A stretch of DNA of 47,455 nt, taken from assembly GCA_964362915.1 (NCBI GenBank), contig CAYIGH010000005.1:1-47455 (forward strand). Reading direction: 5' to 3'. The notes below the pieces were generated by a model. That model searched no databases. It was not told where the DNA came from and saw only the letters and a program-made list of their open reading frames with translations. The position numbers and the translations under genes are program-made. Shown here piece after piece: positions 1 through 9,691 of this stretch (position 1 is the first letter of the stretch; the number at the start of each line of letters is the position of its first letter). This DNA is from Candidatus Woesearchaeota archaeon. Its GTDB lineage: Archaea > Nanobdellota > Nanobdellia > Pacearchaeales > GW2011-AR1.

Positions 1-187
1 TAAGACGAATGTAACTTCTCGCTCCTTTCTTGCTGTTAATTGCAACGTTTAAGCCTAATTCCATGTCTTCCATATACTTTGAAATTAAATCAGAATTAGC
101 TTTTGAAATATCTGGAATTCTATTTTTAACTCTCTTCTTCCAATCAAAATACCTCTTTTTGTGATTATACGGATCTTGCTTTATCAT
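1..187 (-). CDS. Partial (N-terminal 62 aa) probable tyrosine recombinase/integrase, running off the left edge
   Basis: Manual translation MIKQDPYNHKKRYFDWKKRVKNRIPDISKANSDLISKYMEDMELGLNVAINSKKGARSYIRL, not in the ORF track. Resembles the N-terminus of tRNA-associated integrases of Pacearchaeota and lies 78 bp downstream of tRNA-Ser(CGA). Catalytic residues would be outside the window. Confidence 0.55.
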   Translation of the reverse strand, partial: MIKQDPYNHKKRYFDWKKRVKNRIPDISKANSDLISKYMEDMELGLNVAINSKKGARSYIRL

Positions 188-265
188 CTCTTTTTTAGGC
201 AAGAGATTATTATATCTGCTCTGTGTCAATTACATACATCTCATAAAAATGCCAAGAAGGTAAAG

Positions 266-347
266 CGCCCGGACCAGGAATCGAACCTGGAAATCCTTGC
301 GGAAAGCAGTTCTCGAGACTGCCGCAGTACCATTGTGCCATCCGGGC
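266..347 (-). tRNA. tRNA-Ser(CGA)
   Basis: Cloverleaf GCCCGGA...TCCGGGC-G, anticodon arm GCAGT-CTCGAGA-ACTGC, long variable arm, T-loop TTCGATT; CCA not encoded. Confidence 0.95.
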
Positions 348-399
348 ACAAAAACAAAAGCAGGTTAGCTTTAAACTTTTCTATTAGCCAAGAAACTTA

Positions 400-1278
400 T
401 TACATCTCGCCCTTGCGTAGCTTTTCTAATTCTTTTCTATCTTCTTCTAGTCTCATCTCAGTAGCTTTTATTCTTTCTTGATTTTTTAGCATTCTGATCT
501 CTCTTTGCGCTTCTTCCAGCTTCTTTTCTAATCTGGTAATCTCTGTTTCTTTTGGTATATTGTCCGTAATCTCTCTGCTACTTACGAATGTTTTCTTATT
601 TGCGCCAGGGGGGGATCTAGGGGCACTTGGCGTTTTTTTAGAAAAATTTCCAGGAGGAGCTTTTGAGGGAATGCTAATAATATTGCCAGTACTCGATAAT
701 TTCCATATTAATAAAATAACTAATATAACTATAAACAGCCCCCCGATAATAATATAAAAGACCCAAGAAAATGCGCCTTTATCTCCAGAATTAGAGATAA
801 CTTCTCCTGTTGTAGAGGGTTGATTTGAAGCAGCAGATTCATTTTCTGTTACTACTTCTTCTGTCTTATTTATCTCTTCTGTTGTTCCTTCATTGTTCGA
901 AGAATTATTTGCGCTTTCATTGCTTTTAGTTTCGCTATATTGTCCGTTAATTTCTTCATAATCCATTCTAATATAAACAGGAGTTCCAGTTTTATAACCA
1001 TTAAATTTTTCTGAGAATATTTTCTTGCCGTCTTTACTTACTTTTACAAGAACATCTATTTCATTTTTTTGACCTGAATAAATAACAGAAACAAGACCAT
1101 TGCTATCTGAATCTTTGTGGAAACTTTCTAATGAATTAAATACCTGATTCGGTTCTAATATAAAAATACTAACTCTATGATTTGACAGGGTTTTAACTTT
1201 AATTTCTGTATCTATAGCATTAACTAAAGGAAAAATAAAAAATAAAATAACCAAGCCGTAGAGTATCTTTTTTGCCAT
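400..1278 (-). CDS. Membrane-anchored hypothetical protein (signal peptide, extracellular domain, TM helix, cytoplasmic coiled-coil tail)
   Basis: 292-aa ORF; hydrophobic N-terminus, TM WVFYIIIGGLFIVILVILLIW, C-terminal heptad-rich segment. Confidence 0.7.
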   Translation of the reverse strand: MAKKILYGLVILFFIFPLVNAIDTEIKVKTLSNHRVSIFILEPNQVFNSLESFHKDSDSNGLVSVIYSGQKNEIDVLVKVSKDGKKIFSEKFNGYKTGTPVYIRMDYEEINGQYSETKSNESANNSSNNEGTTEEINKTEEVVTENESAASNQPSTTGEVISNSGDKGAFSWVFYIIIGGLFIVILVILLIWKLSSTGNIISIPSKAPPGNFSKKTPSAPRSPPGANKKTFVSSREITDNIPKETEITRLEKKLEEAQREIRMLKNQERIKATEMRLEEDRKELEKLRKGEM

Positions 1279-1347
1279 CTTAATAAATTTATAAAAGATA
1301 TATTACTTTACTATTTATAAAATTTTGCATTTTCTTAAGAACAGAAA

Positions 1348-1372
1348 AAGTAGGAGCAGAAAGCCCCTACTT
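1348..1372 (-). terminator. Terminator-like hairpin in a divergent intergenic region
   Basis: Minus strand AAGTAGGGGC-TTTCT-GCTCCTACTT (10 bp, one G-U) followed by further Ts. Confidence 0.35.
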
Positions 1373-1539
1373 ATCTAAGAGATTTTCATTTCAAATTAAT
1401 TTTAGTCAATTTGTCATCAGGCATTTATTAAAATAGACTAATAAAAGCATTTATTAAACCATTATTAAAAGAAGATTAAGAAAGAGAATAAGGAACAATC
1501 GTTCACAAAATTTAAAAAGAAAGAGTCGTCTTATTTTTT

Positions 1540-2247
1540 ATGACATATTTCTATCTTGTTCCTCAATATTTTTTAAAATTTAGTATAGTGATGCAAGTTA
1601 TTTTTGCGTTAATTGCCCTTTCAGTATCTTATTTCTCATTTAAGATATATAAAATTTCAAGACAAAGAGAGATAAAGCTCTTTGGTATATCATTTCTTTT
1701 AATTTCTTTCTCTTATATCCTGTGGGCAATGATAAATTCAGCGGTGGCTTATCCAACTTTAATAAAGGTCGCCCAATTATTAACAGAAAACATCTCGCGT
1801 TTGGGAGGAGCAGGAATTTTAACCCATTTCATATTATTAATAAGCGGCCTTGTAACTCTTGCGTATACAACATTAAAAACAAAAAGTGGAAAAGTCTATT
1901 ACTTAATTCTTGGTTTGGGAATAATGGTCATTATAGCTCCATTATTCGTAGTTTTAGTCTTATTCGAGCCAATTAATTCAAGTTTTCTGCAAACACTAAT
2001 AATCTCCTCTAGACTTCTTTCTGTATTTTTACTGACTTTTATAATTTACAATTATTTTGAGGAATACTCCTGGAAAAAGAATAAAAAGACTCTTTTAGTA
2101 GGGATAGCATTCTCTTTATTATTGATGAGCAATGCAGACTTTATATTCTCACAAACCTATTATCAAGCATATATTATAGGACATATACTAGAATTCATAG
2201 CATATCTTTTTATTCTCTTAAGTCTAGTTCTAACTATAAGAAAATGA
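1540..2247 (+). CDS. Polytopic (about 7 TM) membrane protein, possible sensor
   Basis: 235 aa, almost entirely hydrophobic helices; ATGA overlap with the downstream wHTH gene. Confidence 0.65.
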   Translation: MTYFYLVPQYFLKFSIVMQVIFALIALSVSYFSFKIYKISRQREIKLFGISFLLISFSYILWAMINSAVAYPTLIKVAQLLTENISRLGGAGILTHFILLISGLVTLAYTTLKTKSGKVYYLILGLGIMVIIAPLFVVLVLFEPINSSFLQTLIISSRLLSVFLLTFIIYNYFEEYSWKKNKKTLLVGIAFSLLLMSNADFIFSQTYYQAYIIGHILEFIAYLFILLSLVLTIRK

Positions 2248-2519
2248 ACAAAAAAAGAAGCCGTCTTGAAATAATCAGAGACATATTAGAAGTAATAAAA
2301 AATAGAAACGGGAAGATAAAACCCACACATATACTATATAAATCAAATCTTTCATATGGAATGATGGAAGAATATTTAGATGAATTAATAAAAAAGGAAT
2401 TTGTAATAGAAAATAAAAACCAAAATAATAAAACTTATTCTATAACAGAAAAGGGCGTTAATTATCTAAGCCAATATAAACTTATAGCAGAATTTACAGA
2501 TTCTTTCGGTTTAAGTTAA
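2244..2519 (+). CDS. Winged helix-turn-helix transcriptional regulator (HTH_45/ArnR1-like)
   Basis: KRSRLEIIRDIL...PTHILYKSNLSY...YLDEL...YSITEKG pattern. Confidence 0.85.
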   Translation: MNKKRSRLEIIRDILEVIKNRNGKIKPTHILYKSNLSYGMMEEYLDELIKKEFVIENKNQNNKTYSITEKGVNYLSQYKLIAEFTDSFGLS

Positions 2520-2617
2520 ATTAATATTCTATAATACCATAATATAAAATCTAGGAATGCAATCTCTATAATATAATAACTATTTCCCACAATAAGATAA
2601 TTTATAAAATAAAGACT

Positions 2618-3913
2618 ATGAGAAAGCTTATTATGAAAAGAGCCGAAATAAAAAAGATGTTCAGTCTAATAGTGGTTTTGATACTAATAGTCGCAATATT
2701 CCTGTTCTTATCTCCTAATGTCTTGGCCTTGGGTACAAAACTTCTATGTCTCGAGAAAGGCGAGACAGTGAGATTCTCGCTGTGCAATAAAGCTATGAGA
2801 GATAAAGTATGCCAAACTACAAATTGCCAAATCTGCGTAAATGAAATAAGGAGAAATGTATTCTGTCCAATAAATATAAATGAATGTGATACTGCATGTA
2901 CAAATATAGATGAAGAATCAAACAATGAAGAAACAAATAATCAAGGGAATACTACAGCACCTGGCCAGCAAATCACGCTAATTAGCCCAGAGTCAGGCTA
3001 TACTAAAGAAGAGCCCTCTCAAATAAGTTTTCTATTTCAGATAACACAAAGCTATACAATAAGCTCCTGTTCGCTTGTAATTGATGATAGCGAGGTTGCT
3101 TTAACACAATCAAGAATACAAAGCAAAACTAATAAGATAAATTATATTTTATCAGAAGGTTTACACGAATGGGGAATAAAATGTAAGACACGCGATGGAA
3201 AGCAGACTATTAAATCAGCAACAAGAGAGATAACAATAGGATCAAATATTTCTCTTTTGTCAGAAGAGGTAGTATTAATCAACCCCGAAGACAATTTTAC
3301 TACAACAGGAACACAAGCTATAACTTTTGTATATAATTTATCAGAAGGTTTATTAGTTTCAAATATAAAACAATGCAGTCTAATAGTGGACAATAATACA
3401 TCAACTGCGATAAACAATACAGACCCAATATCATGGACCTTTCAGCCAGCAGTGTATCAATGGCAAATCAATTGCCTTTTTTTAGATAACAAAAACATTT
3501 CTTCTAATACCAGAACACTTTTAATCAATACACCTCAAACACCGCCACAATCTTCAGATAGCGGAGGCGGTGGTGGAGGAAGCGGAGGGCCTATCTTTTC
3601 GAAAGAAGATATGACCCAAAATAAAAAAAATAAGATAGAACAATTAGCACAATCAAATGATACAGTCTCAGAAGCAGAAACCTCTTCTGAAAATAGACCT
3701 GAAGAAAATATGGAAATCTCTGATACAACAAGGCCTGCCGGCATTACAGGTGCAGTTATAGGAGCAACAGAAGCAATAAAGAATAATAAACTAATAGCAA
3801 TATCATTTGTGATAATAGTTATAGCAGGCATATTTATTATTGCAGCATTAAGAAAAAAACAAGAGAATAAAGCAATAAAAACTATGCTGAAAACTCTAAC
3901 TATTCTCCCATAA
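2618..3913 (+). CDS. Secreted, C-terminally anchored surface protein with Cys-rich N-domain and two Ig-like repeats
   Basis: Signal peptide, duplicated LISP/LINP...CSL...W.I.C modules, poly-Gly linker, GITGAVIG motif before the C-terminal TM; true start may be a downstream Met. Confidence 0.7.
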   Translation: MRKLIMKRAEIKKMFSLIVVLILIVAIFLFLSPNVLALGTKLLCLEKGETVRFSLCNKAMRDKVCQTTNCQICVNEIRRNVFCPININECDTACTNIDEESNNEETNNQGNTTAPGQQITLISPESGYTKEEPSQISFLFQITQSYTISSCSLVIDDSEVALTQSRIQSKTNKINYILSEGLHEWGIKCKTRDGKQTIKSATREITIGSNISLLSEEVVLINPEDNFTTTGTQAITFVYNLSEGLLVSNIKQCSLIVDNNTSTAINNTDPISWTFQPAVYQWQINCLFLDNKNISSNTRTLLINTPQTPPQSSDSGGGGGGSGGPIFSKEDMTQNKKNKIEQLAQSNDTVSEAETSSENRPEENMEISDTTRPAGITGAVIGATEAIKNNKLIAISFVIIVIAGIFIIAALRKKQENKAIKTMLKTLTILP

Positions 3914-3967
3914 AAATATAAATAAGCATAATGTTTCTTCTCTGCTTACAAAAAAGAGGAAAAGAAA

Positions 3968-5542
3968 TTGATAGCACTTACTATTTTTGCGATAATGCCA
4001 TTTCTTTTGCTAATTATATTAATTATATTTCTAAAATTACCAACAATTAAAGTAATGCCATTAGTCTGGCTAATAACTTTATTAATAGTCCTGTCAATCT
4101 GGCATTTAAATCCCCTCTTAATAAGTGCATCTTTTGTTAAAGGCGCTCTAATAGCAATAGAGATAATGCTTATCATTTTTAGTGCTATATGGTTGATTGC
4201 TATACTCCAAGAAAAACAGAAAATAAAGACTCTCCATACACTTTTAGTATCAATATCGCCAGATGCAAGAATACAAGCAATAATTATTGCTTGGTTATTT
4301 GGCAGTTTAATTGAAGGTATAGCTGGTTTCGGCACACCTGCAGCTCTTGCAGCCCCGCTTCTAGTATCACTTGGCTTTAATCCCATCCTGGCAGTTATAA
4401 CTTCACTAGTAGCAAATTCTACTGCAGTTAGCTTTGGCGCAGCAGGCACACCAATCCTGTTTGGGCTAGGAAAGTTAGGTTTTGAAAATGATCTGTTAAA
4501 ACAAGTCTATCAAACTACAGCAATCTTCCATTTTATAGGAAGTATAATAATACCAATATTAATCGCTTATTTTGTCGTATCATTTAAAGAAAAGAATGAA
4601 AAAATAAAAAGAATTTTAGAAATAGTGCCATTTGCAATCCTTGCTTGGCTCTCGTTTTCAGTACCTTATATTTTTATAGCATTATTTATAGGCCCTGAGC
4701 TGCCTTCAATAATTGGTGGCTTAGTTGGACTTATAATTACGTCAACAGCAGCACATTATAGAATATTGGTGCCAAAAAAAATCCTTTCATTTGACAAAAA
4801 AATAAAAGAACAGAAACCAAAATTTAAATCTGTCATAACTGCAGTTTTTCCTTATTTCACAATAATCTTTCTGCTCTTAATTTCAAGAACAATACCGCAA
4901 ATAAAAGAAATTCTTTCAAATATAACGCTCGAATGGAAAAATATATTAAGTACAGAAATTAACTATCAATTCCTTCCCCTATATACACCATCTTTTTATA
5001 TTATTATTGCATCAATAATCTGTATTTTATTATTTAATGTTAAATCATCTGAAATAAAAATAACTCTTGCAAAAACAATCAACAAGATAAAAAAACCATT
5101 ATTAACATTAGTATTTGCTTTAGCTCTGGTTCAATTAATTTTAGTTTCTTCTAATAATACATTAAATATGCCAGGCATTCCAATAGTAATTGCAGAATCT
5201 TTAGCCAATATCTTTAAAAATTCTTACATCTTCATTGCTCCCTTAATAGGAATTTTTGGAGCATTTTTGGCAGGCAGCAATACTCTATCTAATTTTCTTT
5301 TCGGAACAGTTCAGTCTCAAACAGCTGATTCTTTGAATTTGCCTAAAACTATAATCTTGGCATTACAGGTAGTTGGGGGAGCGATAGGCAACATGATTGC
5401 TGTACATAATATATTGGCAGCAAATGCAACAGTCGGCCTTGTAAACAAGGAAGGAGTTATAATAAGAAGAATAATTCTCGTTGCTTTAATTTATGCATTA
5501 ATAGTCTCTCTTTCGGCTTTTTTTATAATACATTTTTCTTAA
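3968..5542 (+). CDS. lctP: L-lactate permease family transporter
   Basis: 524 aa polytopic; motifs D.RIQ.IIIAW.FG..IEG.AGFGTP, FGA.GTP, GSNT.SN..F, Q.VGGA.GNMI. Confidence 0.9.
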   Translation: MIALTIFAIMPFLLLIILIIFLKLPTIKVMPLVWLITLLIVLSIWHLNPLLISASFVKGALIAIEIMLIIFSAIWLIAILQEKQKIKTLHTLLVSISPDARIQAIIIAWLFGSLIEGIAGFGTPAALAAPLLVSLGFNPILAVITSLVANSTAVSFGAAGTPILFGLGKLGFENDLLKQVYQTTAIFHFIGSIIIPILIAYFVVSFKEKNEKIKRILEIVPFAILAWLSFSVPYIFIALFIGPELPSIIGGLVGLIITSTAAHYRILVPKKILSFDKKIKEQKPKFKSVITAVFPYFTIIFLLLISRTIPQIKEILSNITLEWKNILSTEINYQFLPLYTPSFYIIIASIICILLFNVKSSEIKITLAKTINKIKKPLLTLVFALALVQLILVSSNNTLNMPGIPIVIAESLANIFKNSYIFIAPLIGIFGAFLAGSNTLSNFLFGTVQSQTADSLNLPKTIILALQVVGGAIGNMIAVHNILAANATVGLVNKEGVIIRRIILVALIYALIVSLSAFFIIHFS

Positions 5543-5627
5543 TATATAGTAACTAAATTAAGTATTTCCTCAATTTATCAGTTATTATCTACCTATGAAA
5601 ATTCTCTCGCTATAATTGAAATTCAAG

Positions 5628-5709
5628 CGCCCGGACCCAGAATCGAACTGGGAGATCCTTGCGGAAATCGGTTCTCAAGACCGACGCAGTACCATTGTGC
5701 CATCCGGGC
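5628..5709 (-). tRNA. tRNA-Ser(TGA)
   Basis: Cloverleaf with anticodon arm TCGGT-CTTGAGA-ACCGA, long variable arm, T-arm CCCAG-TTCGATT-CTGGG. Confidence 0.95.
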
Positions 5710-5804
5710 ATAGTTATGGCTATGTTTATAGGCTTATAAATTTTTAGAATTTTCTAAATAAGCTATAGGACAATATTAATATAGTAGTTTAATCTTAATT
5801 TTAT

Positions 5805-6176
5805 ATGGAGGCTTTATTGGATACAAATTTTATTATGTCATGCATTGTCAAGAAAATAGATTTTTTGTCACAATTAGAAGAAAAGGGGTTTAAAGTGGTT
5901 GTTCCCAGAGAGGTTTTGCAGGAATTTAAGGATTTAAAAAAGGAGTCTAAGATCTCGCATGAAGAAAGAACAGCCATAGATATAGCTTTGCAGATGCTTT
6001 CGTCCAAAGATATTAAAAAAATAACAATTGGCCAGGGGAAAGTTGATGATTTATTGATCAAAAAAGGGCAGGAAGGCGTTTATATTGCCACTTTAGATAA
6101 TGGAATAAAGAGGAAAGTGCCTAATAAGATTGTTATCTTTAGTTCTAAGAAGGAAGTTGGTGTTGAAAGGGGTTAA
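5805..6176 (+). CDS. PIN-domain nuclease, Fcf1/Utp23-like
   Basis: LLDTNF, V..E, VDD.L, IATLD motifs. Confidence 0.8.
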   Translation: MEALLDTNFIMSCIVKKIDFLSQLEEKGFKVVVPREVLQEFKDLKKESKISHEERTAIDIALQMLSSKDIKKITIGQGKVDDLLIKKGQEGVYIATLDNGIKRKVPNKIVIFSSKKEVGVERG

Positions 6177-6245
6177 TTTCCTTTTGAAAAGCACGCTTTT
6201 TCACAAAACAGAAATGAATTTAAAGCTCCTAAAACAAAAGAAAAG

Positions 6246-8207
6246 ATGGGCAGAATGGGGTTTAATAGTTTGGGGCAATTGATTAGTGTCGATAGCGAAA
6301 ATATTGATATTAGGAAGAATAATGTTGTTCCTGAAAGTATAGAAAAAAATAACGACAGCGAATACTGGAGTTTATACAAAAATGGCAGGAGACTAGAGCC
6401 GCTAAAGTTTTCTAATGGAAAGACTCAAGAAGATATTGTTAAAGAAATTATTGAATTAATTAAGCAAGGAAATAAGATTGTTTTTTTACGTGGCCAATGT
6501 GGGACAGGAAAAAGTGCAGTTGCATTAAACATAGCAAGGGTCCTAGGAAAAAGTGCAATTATTGTACCAATAAAGAATTTGCAGAGGCAGTATGAAGAAG
6601 ATTATATGGGAAATATGAATGTCTATAAATCAAATGGACAAAGGTTAAAGATAGCCATGATAACTGGTAGAGAAAATCATGATTCTGTTTTTATGCCCGG
6701 GATTTCTTGCGCTTATCCTTTTTTGCCAGATACTATCCAGATTAATGAAAAAAACTTTTCCAAGCTTAAGGAATATTATGAAATGAATCCTTTAATTAAA
6801 AATAAAATCATAGATAATTTTAAAGAACTTAGAAGAATGTCTATAGCTCCTTCTAATCCCTATTGGAGCCCAATAATTCCCGCAGAATACGAGGTTCAAT
6901 TGCGAGATGCAGCTAAAAAGAGATATCTAGGGCTAAACAATAGAGAATTTGTTTTTTATCATAGAAAAAGAGGATGTTCATATTATGATCAATATCAATC
7001 TTATATAGATGCTGATGTTATTATTTTTAATTCTGCAAAATATAAGATAGAAGTAGCTTTAGATAGAAAACCTTCTACAGAAATAGATATAATTGATGAA
7101 GCTGATGAATTTTTAGATAGCTTTTCTAATCAGATTGAATTAAATCTTACCAGATTGGCAAATTCCCTAAATCGTCTTGTTCTTGAGAATGAATACGCAA
7201 GAGAAGCTGTTAGTAAAATTATTGAATTAATAAAACTAGAGGAAAAAAACAAAAGTGCTTTGGGAATTAATGAGAAACAAATATTTAATTTAAAAGAAAC
7301 AAATATCGACAAAATCTTATCTTTATTTTTAAAAAATCCAGAGCTTGAATTTGAGATTATAGCAGATGAATTGAATTATGCAAATAAAGCTATTGAAGCA
7401 GCAAAGCATTTCGCTGATTTCCTAAGCGATACATATCTTACTTACAGTAAAAAAGATGAAAATTTGTATGCTCATTTAGTTACTATTAATTTATCAAAAA
7501 GTATAAATGAGATAATCAGTAAAAATAAGGCCTTTGTTTTTATGTCCGGAACTTTGCATTCTGAAAATGTATTAAAAAATATTTTTGGCATTAAAGATTA
7601 TAAAGTAGTTGAAGCAGAAACAATGTATCAGGGAGAGATAGATATCATAAGAACTGGCAGGGAATTTGATTGCAGTTATAAGAATCTTATTACTAACAGC
7701 TTTAGCAGAAGTGATTATTTAAAAGCATTATCAGCATGTGTAAAAAATGCGGATAGACCAATGTTGGTTCATGTAAATGCATTTGAGGATCTGCCAACTC
7801 TCATTGAGATTTCACAATACGAAATTAATAACATAATGTCGAGAGAAGAATTAATTGCAATCCAGAATAAAGACAAAAAAGGAGAGATTATCTCTTTATT
7901 TAAAAAAAAGCAGTTAGATGGACTTTATAGCACTAAATGCAATAGAGGGGTAGACTTTCCAGGAGATATTTGTAAGTCTATCATTTTTACAAAATATCCA
8001 AATCCTAATATACAAGGAACCTTTTGGAAGATATTAGAAAGAATTTATCCAAATTATTTTTGGGAATTTTATAAAGACAAGGCAGGAAGAGAATTCTCAC
8101 AGCGCCTTTTTAGAGCTTTGCGGTCTAAAGATGATCATGTTTTTGTGCTATCTCCTGATTTAAGAGTTTTGGAAGCAATAAGGGTTCTTCAAATAAAACA
8201 ATATTAA
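6246..8207 (+). CDS. SF2 helicase, DinG/XPD/Rad3-like
   Basis: Walker A GTGKS, motif II IIDEAD, motif III MSGT, GVDFPG, KYPNP, Q...RALRS.DD. Confidence 0.8.
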   Translation: MGRMGFNSLGQLISVDSENIDIRKNNVVPESIEKNNDSEYWSLYKNGRRLEPLKFSNGKTQEDIVKEIIELIKQGNKIVFLRGQCGTGKSAVALNIARVLGKSAIIVPIKNLQRQYEEDYMGNMNVYKSNGQRLKIAMITGRENHDSVFMPGISCAYPFLPDTIQINEKNFSKLKEYYEMNPLIKNKIIDNFKELRRMSIAPSNPYWSPIIPAEYEVQLRDAAKKRYLGLNNREFVFYHRKRGCSYYDQYQSYIDADVIIFNSAKYKIEVALDRKPSTEIDIIDEADEFLDSFSNQIELNLTRLANSLNRLVLENEYAREAVSKIIELIKLEEKNKSALGINEKQIFNLKETNIDKILSLFLKNPELEFEIIADELNYANKAIEAAKHFADFLSDTYLTYSKKDENLYAHLVTINLSKSINEIISKNKAFVFMSGTLHSENVLKNIFGIKDYKVVEAETMYQGEIDIIRTGREFDCSYKNLITNSFSRSDYLKALSACVKNADRPMLVHVNAFEDLPTLIEISQYEINNIMSREELIAIQNKDKKGEIISLFKKKQLDGLYSTKCNRGVDFPGDICKSIIFTKYPNPNIQGTFWKILERIYPNYFWEFYKDKAGREFSQRLFRALRSKDDHVFVLSPDLRVLEAIRVLQIKQY

Positions 8208-8317
8208 ATAAATTAGAAGAAACAAGAAAAATAAAAATGACCATTTCAATAATAATCAATGAATAATATACTAATGAACTCACAAATCCTTTTAAACTGA
8301 TTTAGTTTTTTAGAATC

Positions 8318-9445
8318 ATGAATTATAAAAAAAGAGGCGTTATAATTATACTAATATTATCTCTGCTTGTAACTACAGTTATAGCTTCTGAGCATATAGA
8401 TAACATAATAAATACTAACGGAAGAAATAATCATCATAATCTTCATAATGAAGACGATTCTAACGAAACAAATGACACAAATTCCAGATTTTGTACTAAA
8501 GAATGTAATATGCAATTTATACATTCATTGCATCAATGTAATGGAAATTTCAGGAATTCTATACAAGAATGCAATGAAATAAGAAAAGAGGCAATTATGC
8601 AGTGTGAAGGTTTAAGAGGTGATGAAAAAAGAGATTGTGTAAGAATAGTTAATAATGCAACTAGGCAATGCAAAAATTCTGCTCTTCAAATAAAAAATCA
8701 ATGTAAAGAAAATGCACGTAGTGAAAGAAAAGAATGCGTTATGGCCTGTAGGCAGCTAGAAGACTCTGATAATGACGGAGTAAAAAATGAAAGAGATAAT
8801 TGCCAAAATATATTTAATCCAGAACAAGAAGACTCAAATAGAAATAGAATAGGGGACGTATGCGAAGAATTCCAATGTTGTATTGATAGAGAATGTTTCC
8901 AAGCAACAATAGAACAATGCATATCGCAAGGTGGTGCAGTTATGGAATGCAAACTTCCTGAAAGGAAAATAGGCAGAGATATCCAACCAACAGAAAGAAA
9001 GAACTTTACCCTTACTACATTCAATACTTCTGACCCTTTACTAGTTAATTTAACAAATGCTGTAATCTCAACTGGAGTCAATAATACAAATTATAGTCTA
9101 GGAAATTATGATTGCAGAAATTTTGCAGAAAGCCTTGAAAAAAATCTGACATCTCTAGGCTATAATGCTACATGGACAGCATATTGGTGTTATGGAGGTA
9201 TAGGAAACCCTCCTCCAACTGCACATGCAGTTACAGATGTTCATCTCCCAGATGGAAGAACAGTCTTTATAGAGCCCCAAAATAATAGAATTGTAAATTT
9301 AGATTTTGACGGCGACGGAGTTGTGGAAGTTAACAACAATGGATATACCCCAGGTCAAAATACAGGCCAAACTGATGATAACTGTAAGATTTCAGTATTT
9401 GAGAATAGAGCAGCAGCAAGAGCTTCGGGAGTGCCTGGAGCATAA
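8318..9445 (+). CDS. Secreted protein with Cys-rich helical region, thrombospondin type-3 repeat and C-terminal transglutaminase/papain-like domain
   Basis: Signal peptide; DSDNDGV.N..DNC..I.NP.QEDS..N.IGDVC; YDCRNFA / AHAV / IEPQ putative Cys-His-Glu triad. Confidence 0.65.
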   Translation: MNYKKRGVIIILILSLLVTTVIASEHIDNIINTNGRNNHHNLHNEDDSNETNDTNSRFCTKECNMQFIHSLHQCNGNFRNSIQECNEIRKEAIMQCEGLRGDEKRDCVRIVNNATRQCKNSALQIKNQCKENARSERKECVMACRQLEDSDNDGVKNERDNCQNIFNPEQEDSNRNRIGDVCEEFQCCIDRECFQATIEQCISQGGAVMECKLPERKIGRDIQPTERKNFTLTTFNTSDPLLVNLTNAVISTGVNNTNYSLGNYDCRNFAESLEKNLTSLGYNATWTAYWCYGGIGNPPPTAHAVTDVHLPDGRTVFIEPQNNRIVNLDFDGDGVVEVNNNGYTPGQNTGQTDDNCKISVFENRAAARASGVPGA

Positions 9446-9483
9446 AATCAAAAGAATAAATATAAATAAGTAACTCTCTACAA

Positions 9484-9669
9484 ATGTTAATGAAAGAAGA
9501 ATCCAACTTTGAAGAAGTAGAAAATCTAATAAGCGATTACATATCAGAAGCTGTAGAAGAAAGAGAAGATAGAATAAAAGAATTTGAGTGCTCTTTAAAC
9601 AAGCCATATAATAGATATCAACGCAAATTATCAAATTTGCATCCACAATTAGAAAGCAAAATAATATAA
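9484..9669 (+). CDS. Small hypothetical protein
   Basis: 61-aa ORF filling the gap between co-oriented genes. Confidence 0.35.
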   Translation: MLMKEESNFEEVENLISDYISEAVEEREDRIKEFECSLNKPYNRYQRKLSNLHPQLESKII

Positions 9670-9691
9670 ACTAATATTTCTATTTTTCCTT

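Noticed and set aside
161-481. 106-aa plus-strand ORF
   Set aside because: Antisense to tRNA-Ser(CGA) and overlaps two better-supported minus-strand ORFs
5628-5709. tRNA with TGA as a selenocysteine or opal-suppressor tRNA
   Set aside because: Anticodon TGA reads UCA (Ser); Sec would need TCA and a longer acceptor arm
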